Program-made: the position numbers and the translations under genes | The notes under the pieces: generated by a model | Databases searched by the model: none | Told to the model about the DNA's origin: nothing | Seen by the model: the letters and a program-made list of their open reading frames with translations, nothing else | Assembly (NCBI GenBank): GCA_963838925.1 | Contig: CAWISW010000003.1 | Span: 96,001-160,000, forward strand | From: an uncultured Nitrososphaerota archaeon | GTDB taxonomy: Archaea > Thermoproteota > Nitrososphaeria > Nitrososphaerales > Gagatemarchaeaceae | Direction: 5' to 3' | DNA: 64,000 bases | In this document: one piece after another, positions 37,445 to 46,739 of the stretch | Layout of the letters: every line of letters starts with the position of its first letter | Position numbering within the stretch: the first letter of the stretch is position 1

Positions 37445-39021
37445 ACGATCACGAGCTGCAGGCCGGCCTCCTTCATGAGGCGGACGCCCAGCTGGTCCGG
37501 GTACGCGGAGGACGCGACGACCTTCATGATCCCCGCGTTGATTATCATCTTCGAGCAGTAGGTGCACGGCGAGTGAGTCGAGTAGAGCGTGCAGCCCGAC
37601 GTTGGGATGCCGTTCTTGGCCGCCTGGACGATGGCGTTCTCCTCGGCATGACAACAGTTATGCGAGATGATGTTCGAGACAAGGTAGGTGTTGTCGGCAG
37701 GCGCTTCTAAGTTGTAAACTGGTCCTTCAAAGTGCTCCCTCGTGACTGCTCTGATTGGGAGCATGAAGAAGAGGTGATTCTCTTTCTCGTAGACCCGGAT
37801 GTTGCTGTTCCTGGGGGAGAACCTGACCGTGTACGCTTCGTTGACGTCCACTGCCCTGCCCTGAATCGTGCTCTTGCCTGCGTGGTGGTTGTTGTAGACG
37901 GCGGCGTAGCGGCCCAGCCTCGCGTACGCGAGCTGGACCTGCAAGGCGAGCAACCTCGAGGTCGTGCTAATTTGAAGCTGGTCTGGCTCGGTACTCTTGC
38001 CGCTAGTGCGGGCCCATCCGCCATCGCCTCTTGAGTAACCATCAAGAAATGCTTCCAGGATGCTCAGGTCCTTGTGGTATAGGACAAAATCAGGGATTCT
38101 CTTGTTCGGGGCTAGATGACCGCACCAGGCAGGCAGCGCCCGCGCCAGTACTGTCGAGCAACAGTCGACTACTATGCCTTCCTCTCCTTTCTGTTTCTTT
38201 GTAGTGCTAGGAACGCCGAAGGATTCCAGGATGGTCTTGATCTTCTGAGCGAGTGCTGTCTCCTTAGAGTGAAGTGCGAAGTAGATCCGTCTGCCATTCG
38301 AGTAACCCTCGGCCACGTAGATTCCCAGGAGCCAGGCAGTCAGGCAGTCGAGAGGGAACCGCGTGATCTTGTACTTGAAACCCCGGCTTGAAGCCACTCT
38401 GCTCAGGTCGAGCTCCTTGATGTCAATCGTCCCGGAGATTCGCGGGAGCAGAAGATAGTCGCCTTTCGAGTAGGATGGCCTGTTGTGCCTCTCCTTCAGG
38501 TCTCCGGCGTGCTTCCATTCCGGCCGGAGGTTGGGGCTTCTGCGGTTCGGTCTGTTGTCGGCCGTTATCACGAGCAGCGGGTGATCCGGCGTCAGAGAAA
38601 TGGGAAGCACGCCCTTTGCTTCCACCTTAATCATGTCGCCGTCGTATTGCCTCTCGAAGGTCTCCCCGACCCGGTTCAGCTGGTGCATGCCCACGACGTT
38701 GTCGCCCACAACATATTCTGAAATTGGTTTATTATCGCCCAGGAGAATTGTGTCACCTCTCAGGCAAGCGCAGTTGCCGAGGTCCTGACCTGACTTCAGC
38801 CTGCCCTCCTTGACGGCGAGGCACCTCGCGCAGCCCCCCTCGTCGCAGTGCCTTGTCCCCGCCGGGGTGCCGTTGTACCCGGTAGAGATGATCTGCCTGC
38901 CGCTGACCAGGACGGCGCCCTTCGCCGAGGAGAGGCAGGTAGATCGGGTCTTCACAACGTTCGCGACCTGCATGAAGTACTCGTCCCAAGAGGGCCGCTG
39001 CGACTTGCGCTTCCTGTCCAA
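37441..39021 (-). CDS. dCMP deaminase (ComEB-like) containing an intein
   Basis: 'RPSWDEYFM..A..V..RSTC', 'TGYNGTP', 'HAEENAI', 'PCTYCSKMIINAGI'. Confidence 0.93.
   Translation of the reverse strand: MDRKRKSQRPSWDEYFMQVANVVKTRSTCLSSAKGAVLVSGRQIISTGYNGTPAGTRHCDEGGCARCLAVKEGRLKSGQDLGNCACLRGDTILLGDNKPISEYVVGDNVVGMHQLNRVGETFERQYDGDMIKVEAKGVLPISLTPDHPLLVITADNRPNRRSPNLRPEWKHAGDLKERHNRPSYSKGDYLLLPRISGTIDIKELDLSRVASSRGFKYKITRFPLDCLTAWLLGIYVAEGYSNGRRIYFALHSKETALAQKIKTILESFGVPSTTKKQKGEEGIVVDCCSTVLARALPAWCGHLAPNKRIPDFVLYHKDLSILEAFLDGYSRGDGGWARTSGKSTEPDQLQISTTSRLLALQVQLAYARLGRYAAVYNNHHAGKSTIQGRAVDVNEAYTVRFSPRNSNIRVYEKENHLFFMLPIRAVTREHFEGPVYNLEAPADNTYLVSNIISHNCCHAEENAIVQAAKNGIPTSGCTLYSTHSPCTYCSKMIINAGIMKVVASSAYPDQLGVRLMKEAGLQLVIV
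37657..38766 (-). mobile_element. Intein (370 aa) with LAGLIDADG homing endonuclease
   Basis: Block A 'CLRGDT', block B 'LTPDHPLL', 'WLLGIYVAEG', 'FLDGYSRGDG', 'VYNLE', terminal 'SHN|C'. Confidence 0.95.
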
Positions 39022-39075
39022 AAGTAGCTTCTCGTCAGGATGGGGGCGGGTCCTAAGAAAAGTCTTTGGTGTGTC

Positions 39076-39204
39076 TCATGGGCTGTAGGGACAGTCTGGT
39101 GGGAAGCAAATCTTCTCTGGAGGGGCTAGTATCCAAATCACCGCTATCACGACAATCAATGCCGCCACGACGGCAACAATGGCGAGCTTCTCCTGTCTCT
39201 CCAT
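39076..39204 (-). CDS. 42-aa single-TM microprotein
   Basis: MERQEKLAIVAVVAALIVVIAVIWILAPPEKICFPPDCPYSP; CTTAAG about 27 nt upstream. Confidence 0.55.
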   Translation of the reverse strand: MERQEKLAIVAVVAALIVVIAVIWILAPPEKICFPPDCPYSP

Positions 39205-39313
39205 TCGCAGAAGAGAATCGAGTTGCTTGGCTTAAGGATTTCTTAGATTATTTTATCGCCGGGTTCGACTCAACTTTATCAGTGGGACAATATTCGGACT
39301 GTGCGCAGCCCCC

Positions 39314-40378
39314 TTGAGCGCGAAAGCCCGCCGCAGTCCGAGACTCCCGATCAAGGTAAACAGGAAGACGCCTCCCCCTGCCCTCCAGCCTTTCACCGAC
39401 TACTTCAAGGGGTTCGAGAAGGTCGGGGCCGTGAGGAAGGTCTTCGGCGACGAGACCGAGGCGGTCCTCAAGCGGCTGAAGATAGGGTTCATCTCAAACA
39501 GGAGGATGTACATGGGGATCAGGGACGACGACGGGAACATCGCGGTGGGGACATACCACCTGAGGCACAGCACCGACCGGGTACTCTACCTCGACATAGT
39601 CCACGAGCTCTTCCACATCAAGCAGTGGATGAACGACAAGGAGTGGTTCACGAGGGAGCACGAGAAGTTCATGGGGAACTTCGAGCTCTACTACTCGAGC
39701 CCGCTCGAGCTCCCCGCCTACGCCCACACGGTGAGGGAGGCGGAGAGGCTCGGGATGTCGAGGAAGGAGATAGCCAAGTACCTCGAGATGATGCCCGTCT
39801 CGCAGAAGATCTGGAACCGCTTCCTCAAGGAGATGGCGATCAAGCCGCTCGAGGGGCCGAGGGCCAAGAGCGGGGAGAAGCTCCCCGTCAGGATCAACCG
39901 CGAGCCCAAGCTCGTCCTGCACCCGTTCACCGACTACTTCAAGGGGTTCGAAGACGCGCCGGCGGTGCAGGCCCTCTACGGCAAGGGGGCCAAGAATGCC
40001 TTGGGCGCGCTGAGGGTCGAGTTCCTGGAGAGCTTCTTCGGCTCGGTGTTCCCGAGCGAGGAGGACGGCCACCTGGTGGTCAACAACAGCTACATCAAGA
40101 AGGCCGACCTCGAGTCGATATACCTGGACGTCATCCTTTCGCTGAACTTCCTCCGGCGCGCCGCCGAGGCGGGCCCAGGGGCGTTCGGGTCGATGGAGGC
40201 CGAGTTCGGAGACAGCCCCGTGGTCATGGAGTCGTACAAGGCGATGGTGAAGGAGGCAAGGAGGATTGGGACCCCCGACGCGAAGATCATGGGGCGCCTT
40301 GAGCTCCCCGAGTTCATGATGAGCGACTCGGCGTTCAAGGAGTTCGTAGGGGCCCTTGGGCTGAGGCCCGCCGAATGA
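39314..40378 (+). CDS. Internally duplicated zincin-like (HExxH) protein
   Basis: Two copies of 'PFTDYFKGFE'; HELFH with downstream 'PLELPAY' only in repeat 1. Confidence 0.75.
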   Translation: MSAKARRSPRLPIKVNRKTPPPALQPFTDYFKGFEKVGAVRKVFGDETEAVLKRLKIGFISNRRMYMGIRDDDGNIAVGTYHLRHSTDRVLYLDIVHELFHIKQWMNDKEWFTREHEKFMGNFELYYSSPLELPAYAHTVREAERLGMSRKEIAKYLEMMPVSQKIWNRFLKEMAIKPLEGPRAKSGEKLPVRINREPKLVLHPFTDYFKGFEDAPAVQALYGKGAKNALGALRVEFLESFFGSVFPSEEDGHLVVNNSYIKKADLESIYLDVILSLNFLRRAAEAGPGAFGSMEAEFGDSPVVMESYKAMVKEARRIGTPDAKIMGRLELPEFMMSDSAFKEFVGALGLRPAE

Positions 40379-40402
40379 TGCCAGCCCTATACTTTTCTCT
40401 GA

Positions 40403-41044
40403 CTACCCGGAGACGGGGACGGGAATCTCGACAGGCCGCCCCTCGTCCTTCTTCACGAGCATCGAGAGTGCGGTCGTGAGCTCCTCCCTCTCCTTCCTGT
40501 TCCTGGCCTTCATGGCGGCGCAGCGCTCGTTGACCACCCCGTAGGACGCCTCGCTGATCTCCCCTGACATGAACTGGATGTTGACGTTGACGAGGAACCT
40601 TGAGACGGCCTCGTCCTGCTGGTCGACCTCCTCCGCCCTGCCCTTCAGCTCCTGCAGGAGCTTCTCCGTCGACTCCTCCGTCTTCGAGACCCTCGCCTCG
40701 TACTGGGCTCTGAGCTGCTCGTACTGAGCGGCTGGGGCGGCACCGTCTTCCTTCGACTGCCTCTCCAGCTCGCGGAGGGCCGAGATCCTCTTGCGAAGGA
40801 CGGCCGTCTCTCCGGTAATCCTGGCGACGTCGGCCTTCCACATTGGGAGGACCACGAGCGCCTGCTCGTGGAGGATGAGCCTGCTCGACTTTACCTCAGC
40901 GAAGGAGCCGCTGCCCCGGTCCAGGCCCACGGACTCTACGTCGCCGTTGGTCTTCAGGGAGAAGCCGACCACGACACCGACGCTCCTCCCGTAGAGGTCC
41001 TCCACTGGCTTTCCCAGGAACCCGACAGCCTCGCTAGATTGCAT
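40403..41044 (-). CDS. cdvA: CdvA-like cell division protein (PRC barrel + coiled coil)
   Basis: 'FLGKPVEDLYGRSVG.VVG', 'W..D', long coiled coil, 'IQFMSGEISE..Y'. Confidence 0.72.
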   Translation of the reverse strand: MQSSEAVGFLGKPVEDLYGRSVGVVVGFSLKTNGDVESVGLDRGSGSFAEVKSSRLILHEQALVVLPMWKADVARITGETAVLRKRISALRELERQSKEDGAAPAAQYEQLRAQYEARVSKTEESTEKLLQELKGRAEEVDQQDEAVSRFLVNVNIQFMSGEISEASYGVVNERCAAMKARNRKEREELTTALSMLVKKDEGRPVEIPVPVSG

Positions 41045-41208
41045 GCCAAGGCCGGATGGCCGCGGGCGTTCTTTATCGGCGGGGTGAAAACCAGTTCCTC
41101 AACCTGTCAACTATCTTGGAAGTCGCTCTCCTGGTCGCGCCGGGATGGATTTCCAGTCGATATTCGGGGTTCGCAACCGCTTATTACTTCGGCGAGGCCG
41201 ATTTGCCC

Positions 41209-41385
41209 GTGACTCAGCTCTGCGGCAAGGCGCTGGTAGGCCAGACCTGGCACGTCCACCACTGCGTCAACGACAGGGATGACCTCCACGGCCAGAGCCA
41301 CTCCTGCCCCTGCGGCCACGAGTGGACCAACGAAGAGCAGCTCACCCTCGCTCCGTACCTCAAGGTATACGCCGAAGCAGGCTAG
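41209..41385 (+). CDS. Small Cys/His-rich putative metal-binding protein (58 aa)
   Basis: 'LCGK...HVHHC...LHGQSHSCPCGHEW' from GTG 41209. Confidence 0.55.
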   Translation: MTQLCGKALVGQTWHVHHCVNDRDDLHGQSHSCPCGHEWTNEEQLTLAPYLKVYAEAG

Positions 41386-41465
41386 GCCCCCTGCACGCCA
41401 GGGCAAAGATTGTAAGGCGGCGCACGCACGAAGCTTCGTTCTACTTGTTCTACAAGGGAGGCAAG

Positions 41466-42086
41466 ATGGCTGCGACGTCCCCGAACACCGACCTGCACGG
41501 CTACGGTGACGCGATCAGGAAGGAGCTGGGAAGGCGCGTCCCCCGGGACAAGAAGCTGAAGGTCCTCGACGTGGGGACGGGGTTCGGGATCAACGTCGCA
41601 TATCTCGCGAAGCGGCTCTCGAAGGGGAGCGAGATCTGGACGGTGGACCCCTCGACGGAGGTCCTGGTGAACGTGAAGGCGGACCTCGCCGAGGCGGCGG
41701 CCCGCGTGAACTTCGTGGAGGCGACCGCGGACGACATGGACTTTGGCGACGGGTTCTTCGACCTCGTCGTGTCGGTGATGGTGCTCCACCACATCGAGAA
41801 GCTCCGGCCCGCCCTGAGGGAGATGGCGAGGGTCACGAAGCCCGGGGGGAGCATGGTGATAGTCGACTACAAGCCCGAGGCGTCGCGCGAGCTGGAGTTC
41901 AAGACGCTCCACGAGGAGGAGGACTTCTTCACGCCTCGGGCCGTGAGCGAGACGCTACGCGAGCTGGGGCTGTCGCCCAAGCCGTCCGACTTCGGGGTCT
42001 GGTATCTGGTCGAGGCGAAGAAGCGCGCTAGCGCTCGGCCTGCAAGGGCGCGGGGCGGACGCGCGAGAGCGCGAGCGGCAAGATGA
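41466..42086 (+). CDS. Class I SAM-dependent methyltransferase
   Basis: 'VLDVGTGFG', 'FDLVVS..VLHH', 'EMARVTKPGG'. Confidence 0.9.
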   Translation: MAATSPNTDLHGYGDAIRKELGRRVPRDKKLKVLDVGTGFGINVAYLAKRLSKGSEIWTVDPSTEVLVNVKADLAEAAARVNFVEATADDMDFGDGFFDLVVSVMVLHHIEKLRPALREMARVTKPGGSMVIVDYKPEASRELEFKTLHEEEDFFTPRAVSETLRELGLSPKPSDFGVWYLVEAKKRASARPARARGGRARARAAR

Positions 42087-43290
42087 AGACCGCGGTGTAC
42101 AGGCCCCCCGTCAGCCAAGCCAGCGGATAGCCGTAGTTGACGACGACATAGGAGAAGAGGTAGGGCGCCCAGAAGCTGAACATGAGCTGCACGCAGTTCA
42201 CCCAGCTTAGGGCGATCGCCCTTTCGTTCCTGTCCTGGGCCGAGTGCCAAGCCGTCCCGAACGCGATCGTGTAGCCGACCCCGCTCGCGAGGCCGACGGT
42301 GACCGCGGAGAAGGCGACGGCCAACGGGGTGGCCAAGGCTGCCGCCGCGACGGCGAAGCCCATGGCGAGGCCCGCCAGGGCCAGCACCAGCTTGACCCTG
42401 ACGACCCTGTCGTGGAAGTGGCCGGCCAGCGGCGCCGTGAAGAGGCCCGCCAGTATCACCAGGCTCCCCAGCCCGCCCGACATCCCCGCGGAGAGCCCCA
42501 GGCTGTCGTGGAGATAGACCTCCGCGAAGGTCGCCACGAGGGTGTTCGCGATGTTGTAGGAGAGGAGGACCCCGCCGACCAGCAGGAGCCACCTGTCGAG
42601 GAGGAGGCGCTTCAACGCGGGGATGCGGATCGCGGACTTGCCGGGGGGCGGGTCGCGCGGCACGACCAAGAGGAGGAAGAGGGTCGCTATCATGCCCAGC
42701 CCGCCGATGATCACCATGCTCGACCTCCACCCCACCGCGTCGGCCACCAGCGCCCACACTCCGAGCCCTATCCCCCCTCCGAGGGACGCGGTCGCGTTGT
42801 TAATCCCGAGGACGAACCCGGCGCGGCCCGGGCGCGAGTGGTTGGTCATCAGGGATATGCTCGCCGGGAAGAAGAGCGCCATCCCCATGCCGCTGAAGAA
42901 CCTGAGGACGGCGATGGCCTCGATGCTCTGCGCCGCCGCGATGAGCAGGCCGGAGCCCGACAGGAGGGCCATCCCCAGGATGCAGAGCCTCTTCGGGCCG
43001 TACCTCGCGGAAAGGATGGCCCCGGGCACCTGGAAAAAGCCGATGCCCACGAGGAACGTCGAGGAGATGAGGCCCAGGCCGGAGACCTGCTCGTGGAGGT
43101 CGAGCGCGATGAGGTAGAATATCGGGGGTATCGAGAACCAGTTGATCGAGTAGAAGAGCCTGTTCGCCAGCACCGTTGCGACGGCCAGGCGGTCCTGAGA
43201 CTCTTCTACCAATTTGGCGGCCCGGGTGCGGCTGCCCACGCTATGCCTCTTTAGGTGTTGGGAGCGGGAATCTGGATGAAGCGTGGCCAA
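42028..43290 (-). CDS. MFS transporter
   Basis: About 12 TM segments; 'GAILSARYGPKR', 'LRFFSGMG'. Confidence 0.88.
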   Translation of the reverse strand: MATLHPDSRSQHLKRHSVGSRTRAAKLVEESQDRLAVATVLANRLFYSINWFSIPPIFYLIALDLHEQVSGLGLISSTFLVGIGFFQVPGAILSARYGPKRLCILGMALLSGSGLLIAAAQSIEAIAVLRFFSGMGMALFFPASISLMTNHSRPGRAGFVLGINNATASLGGGIGLGVWALVADAVGWRSSMVIIGGLGMIATLFLLLVVPRDPPPGKSAIRIPALKRLLLDRWLLLVGGVLLSYNIANTLVATFAEVYLHDSLGLSAGMSGGLGSLVILAGLFTAPLAGHFHDRVVRVKLVLALAGLAMGFAVAAAALATPLAVAFSAVTVGLASGVGYTIAFGTAWHSAQDRNERAIALSWVNCVQLMFSFWAPYLFSYVVVNYGYPLAWLTGGLYTAVFILPLALSRVRPAPLQAER

Positions 43291-43344
43291 GGCGGAGGTT
43301 GCGGCTCCGCCCTGGGCGCTTCGTAAGGTCTGGGTTCTCTGGGC

Positions 43345-43686
43345 CTAGTTTCCAACGACCATGGCGCGCATCGCCCGGATGGCTTCGCGGTCCTGGTCTG
43401 CCGCCGACTGGAACGACTGGAGGGGCGAGACCGTCCATCTCATGGCCCCCCAGAACGGGAGGGTCCTGAGCAGCCTGCCTACCTCGGCGTTCGAGTCCAC
43501 GTCGATGATGAAAGCTGCCTCCCTGGCGCCGGAGACGACGCCGCCGACGATCTTCTTCTCCTCGGCGTGCTTCGACAGCGCCTCGAGGCTGGGGCTCACG
43601 ACCTGCTGGACGTACATGGCCGACTCCTCGGGCGTCTTGCCCGCGAGTATCTCCTCGATGAATTCGCCCTTGACTAGGTAGTGCAT
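43345..43686 (-). CDS. Muconolactone-isomerase-like dimeric alpha/beta barrel protein
   Basis: 'FIIDVDSNAEV..LL.TLPFW..M.W.V.PL'. Confidence 0.6.
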   Translation of the reverse strand: MHYLVKGEFIEEILAGKTPEESAMYVQQVVSPSLEALSKHAEEKKIVGGVVSGAREAAFIIDVDSNAEVGRLLRTLPFWGAMRWTVSPLQSFQSAADQDREAIRAMRAMVVGN

Positions 43687-43800
43687 TTGGGACGGAACTG
43701 CCGCGATTCGCATTTACGCCTTGGCGAAGTGGAAACGGTCGCAGGGGTGAGGCGACGGCGGCCTATTGTAGGCGCCGGGTTCCACGGTTTGTCAGTCGGC

Positions 43801-44334
43801 TCAGACCTCCATCCACTTGATGCTGCAGCCGAACGGCCTCGTGTCCGCGACCGTGGGGGCCCTCCCCGTCAGCATCTGGTCGAGGGCGTTCCTCAGGTCG
43901 TTGGACTTGACAGCCGACGGGTCCCTCGAGTCGTCTATCCTGCCCCTGTAGCGGAGCCTCCTCTCCTTGTCGAACGCGAAGACGTGCGGGGTGCAGACCG
44001 CGCCGTACGCCTCGGCGACCTTCTGGTCGGGGTCCCTCAGGTAGGGGAAGTTGAAGCCCTTCTGCTTCGCCCTCTTGACCATCTCCGGGTAGCCGTCCTC
44101 TGGGTAGGCCTTGTCGTCGTTAGCGTTGATCGCGACGAGCTGGACTCCCCTGCCCGCGTAGTCCCTCTGGATCGCGACCATGCGATCTTCGTATGCCTGG
44201 ACGTAAGGGCAATGATTGCAAGTGAACATGACGACCAATACAGGCTTGTCGCCGAACGAGCTCAGGGAGTAGGCCTTCCCGTCCGCTCCCTTGAGCTGGA
44301 GGAAGTCCGGCGCCGTGGCCCCTAGCTCGAGCAC
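43801..44334 (-). CDS. Thioredoxin-fold (AhpC/TSA-like) protein
   Basis: 'APDF', 'FTCNHCPYV', 'TPHVF', 'YRGRIDD', 'GCSIKW'. Confidence 0.92.
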   Translation of the reverse strand: MLELGATAPDFLQLKGADGKAYSLSSFGDKPVLVVMFTCNHCPYVQAYEDRMVAIQRDYAGRGVQLVAINANDDKAYPEDGYPEMVKRAKQKGFNFPYLRDPDQKVAEAYGAVCTPHVFAFDKERRLRYRGRIDDSRDPSAVKSNDLRNALDQMLTGRAPTVADTRPFGCSIKWMEV

Positions 44335-44392
44335 GGGGGCGCGGCGCTCTTCCCACGACTTAACCGTTTGCGGCTTGCCTGTGCGGGTCGCG

Positions 44393-45051
44393 TCAGAACC
44401 CTATCGGCTCGCGGACGAGGACGACGGTGGAGCGCCCGGGCCAGTCCCCGTTGACTATCAGGAACTTCAGCAGCGCGCTGGGCATGCCGTACTTCTCCCT
44501 CGCCCGGATGTCTTCCTTCGGATAGGCGTAGAATTGCACCCTCGCCATGGCCGAGTCGAGGTCGGACACTATCTTCTGCGAGCCCACGACCCAGATCACC
44601 TTGCCGGCGCTGCTCGCGTACGGGCCGAGCTGGCTGCCGCTTGCGGACGCGGCGACGACCCTCCCGTCCTCGGTGATTGCGTGGACGCTTCCGACCACGA
44701 CGTCGGGGGAGGCGGAGAGCCTTCTCATCTCGGCCCTCTGGGTGTTCCTGTCCATCTTCTCCAGCTGCGGCATGACGGCGTTGAACTTGCCCGACCTGTT
44801 GATGTCGTCGAAGAGGCCCAGAGCCTCACGGTCTCGCTCGAGGCGGTAAGGATCGACTGGTCCTTGGGGAGGATCGAATTGACGTAGGCCCGGGCCTGTG
44901 CCGGGGTGTCGACAACTTCGACGGCGAAGTTGTGCGCCCTGAGGGCGCTCGCCGCCTTCTGGATCCTCTCCTCGGAGGCTGGCTTTGCGAACGACTCGTC
45001 TATCGGGAGCCCGAACTCGGTCTTGGTCTGAATCTGCTCTGTTGTGGTCAT
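44393..45051 (-). pseudogene. LUD-domain (LutC/YkgG-like) protein with a 1-nt frameshift near 44820
   Basis: '...ASSETVRL' continues in another frame as 'GLFDDINRSG...GSVHAITEDG...SGSQLGPYA..A.KVIWVVG.QKIV'. Confidence 0.75.
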
Positions 45052-45069
45052 ATCAATATCGGATATCCC

Positions 45070-45087
45070 ATATTGGGAGCCCAATAT
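45070..45087. promoter_or_regulatory. Palindromic operator over the LUD-gene TATA region
   Basis: ATATTGGG-AG-CCCAATAT, 19-36 nt upstream of ATG 45051. Confidence 0.5.
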
Positions 45088-45237
45088 AAGGGTGTTGGGA
45101 GGATCTTGGCTGCCGGCGGAGCTGTCCCGGCTCACCTGTTAGGTTTTGCGTTATTTCAACATAGTCTCTATAGCCCACATCGAAGTATAGAGGAGCCTTC
45201 GGGCTGGTTCATTATCCCGGGAGCCCTCTCTAGAGGT

Positions 45238-45687
45238 ATGCCACGCGTCAGAGATTTGATGACCGTAGACGTGCCGCTTACCACCTTGAACACCCCCGTC
45301 AGCGACGCCGCAAGGCTGATGAGGGCGACCGACAGGGACAGCCTGATAGTCTTCGACCTCGGGAGGGCGATAGGAATCGTGACCGAGAGGGACATCATCA
45401 GGAAGATTACCGCGGAGGGAAGGGACCCTATGAAGGTTCACGTGGGAGACATAGTGTCGTCGCCGCTCATCACCATCCACCCCGACAAGTCCGCAAGGCA
45501 GGCCGCCGTGCTGATGCTCGGGAATAAGATCAGGCACCTTCCGGTCGTCAAGGAGAACCGGCTCCTGGGGATAATCACGCTCCAGGACTTTGCGAAGCAC
45601 ATGAGCAAGAAGGGCGTCAAGGACGAGATCCTAGAGTCCTTGGGGAAGGACGCCGACCAGCCGCTCGCGATGCTGCAGTCAAGCTAG
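45238..45687 (+). CDS. CBS-pair protein
   Basis: 'VRDLMT', 'GIVTERDI', 'IRHLPVV...LLGIIT..D'. Confidence 0.92.
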   Translation: MPRVRDLMTVDVPLTTLNTPVSDAARLMRATDRDSLIVFDLGRAIGIVTERDIIRKITAEGRDPMKVHVGDIVSSPLITIHPDKSARQAAVLMLGNKIRHLPVVKENRLLGIITLQDFAKHMSKKGVKDEILESLGKDADQPLAMLQSS

Positions 45688-45760
45688 TCGCACGAGCCCT
45701 AGTCGGGCACCCGGAAGCAATAAGCCGGGGCAATATCTCAGAGCCCATTGGTAGCTCTCG

Positions 45761-46717
45761 ATGTCCGTCACACATCCCGAAAGGGAAGCTTTTCGTCTTT
45801 GGATGAGCTCGGGCGAGAAGGTCGGCCAGGAGAGGATAGCCACGCAGAAGGAGGCCGTTGCGAAGCTGAAGGCGATCGTCGACGACCATGGCTACGACGA
45901 GGGGTTCCGGCTCTTCCTCACGGTCACGCTCAGGAAGTGGAACGGGATGGTGGCGACGGAGGAGGGCGACTGGATCAAGGCGCGGTTCGAGTTCTCCCAG
46001 GGCAGGAGGCTCGCCGAGACGCACGACCCCGGGAGCCTCCCCTGGTTCGACGCCGCCATAGAGGAGACGGAGGTCTGGACGGCCCTCACGTCGACCCGCC
46101 TCTCCTTCGACTCGCTCGAGGGCCTGTCGAAGAGGCTCGAGGAGGTCTCGATACTCTACGCCGCGGGCTCAGACCGGTCCAACGCGGAGTTCACGAGCGA
46201 CTGGAGCCAGTGGCTCAAGCTCTTCCTCGAGCCGGCCGTCCCTCCACAGGGCCTCTCCGAGAGGATCCTGACCTACGTCGAGACACGGATGCCTGAGGGA
46301 GAGCCCGGCGCGGAGCTTCCCGTGAGGGAGGTCCCGCTGGCCAAGGACGCGTTCGAGTGGAACTTCTTCTGGCTGTCGAGGCTTGCGCGGGAGACCACGA
46401 ACTCTCTGAAGGAGGTTCTCGGGGAGGAGGCGCCCCTCGAGGCCCTGGCGCGGGGCGCAGCCGTCCTAGCCGCCCCTCCCGGAGACCTCGCCCTGCTGCT
46501 CAAGCTGGACCTCTCGAGGGAGCGCGAGATCCCGCCCCCGCAGTCCTACGCGGAGCTGCTCCACCGTCTGAAGACAGACCTGGAGAACTTCAGGAGGGCG
46601 GAGGAGAGCTGCAAGGACTATCTCGCAGAGGTCAGGAGGCAGTGGGCGTCCTCCCCCCAGAAGAGGAAGGAGCAGGTGGCCAAGGCCGTCTTCCCCGAGA
46701 GGAAGCTCGTGCCGTGA
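45761..46717 (+). CDS. Hypothetical helical protein
   Basis: 318-aa ORF with host-like codon usage. Confidence 0.75.
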   Translation: MSVTHPEREAFRLWMSSGEKVGQERIATQKEAVAKLKAIVDDHGYDEGFRLFLTVTLRKWNGMVATEEGDWIKARFEFSQGRRLAETHDPGSLPWFDAAIEETEVWTALTSTRLSFDSLEGLSKRLEEVSILYAAGSDRSNAEFTSDWSQWLKLFLEPAVPPQGLSERILTYVETRMPEGEPGAELPVREVPLAKDAFEWNFFWLSRLARETTNSLKEVLGEEAPLEALARGAAVLAAPPGDLALLLKLDLSREREIPPPQSYAELLHRLKTDLENFRRAEESCKDYLAEVRRQWASSPQKRKEQVAKAVFPERKLVP

Positions 46718-46739
46718 AGGTTGCGGTCTTCAGCCAGGC

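Noticed and set aside
39255-39300. GGTTCGA T-loop-like motif suggesting a tRNA
   Set aside because: No cloverleaf stems around it
42028-42086. 59-bp tail overlap between methyltransferase and MFS genes (similar at 16669-16706)
   Set aside because: Low-complexity read-through tails, possibly from indel errors; no sign of function
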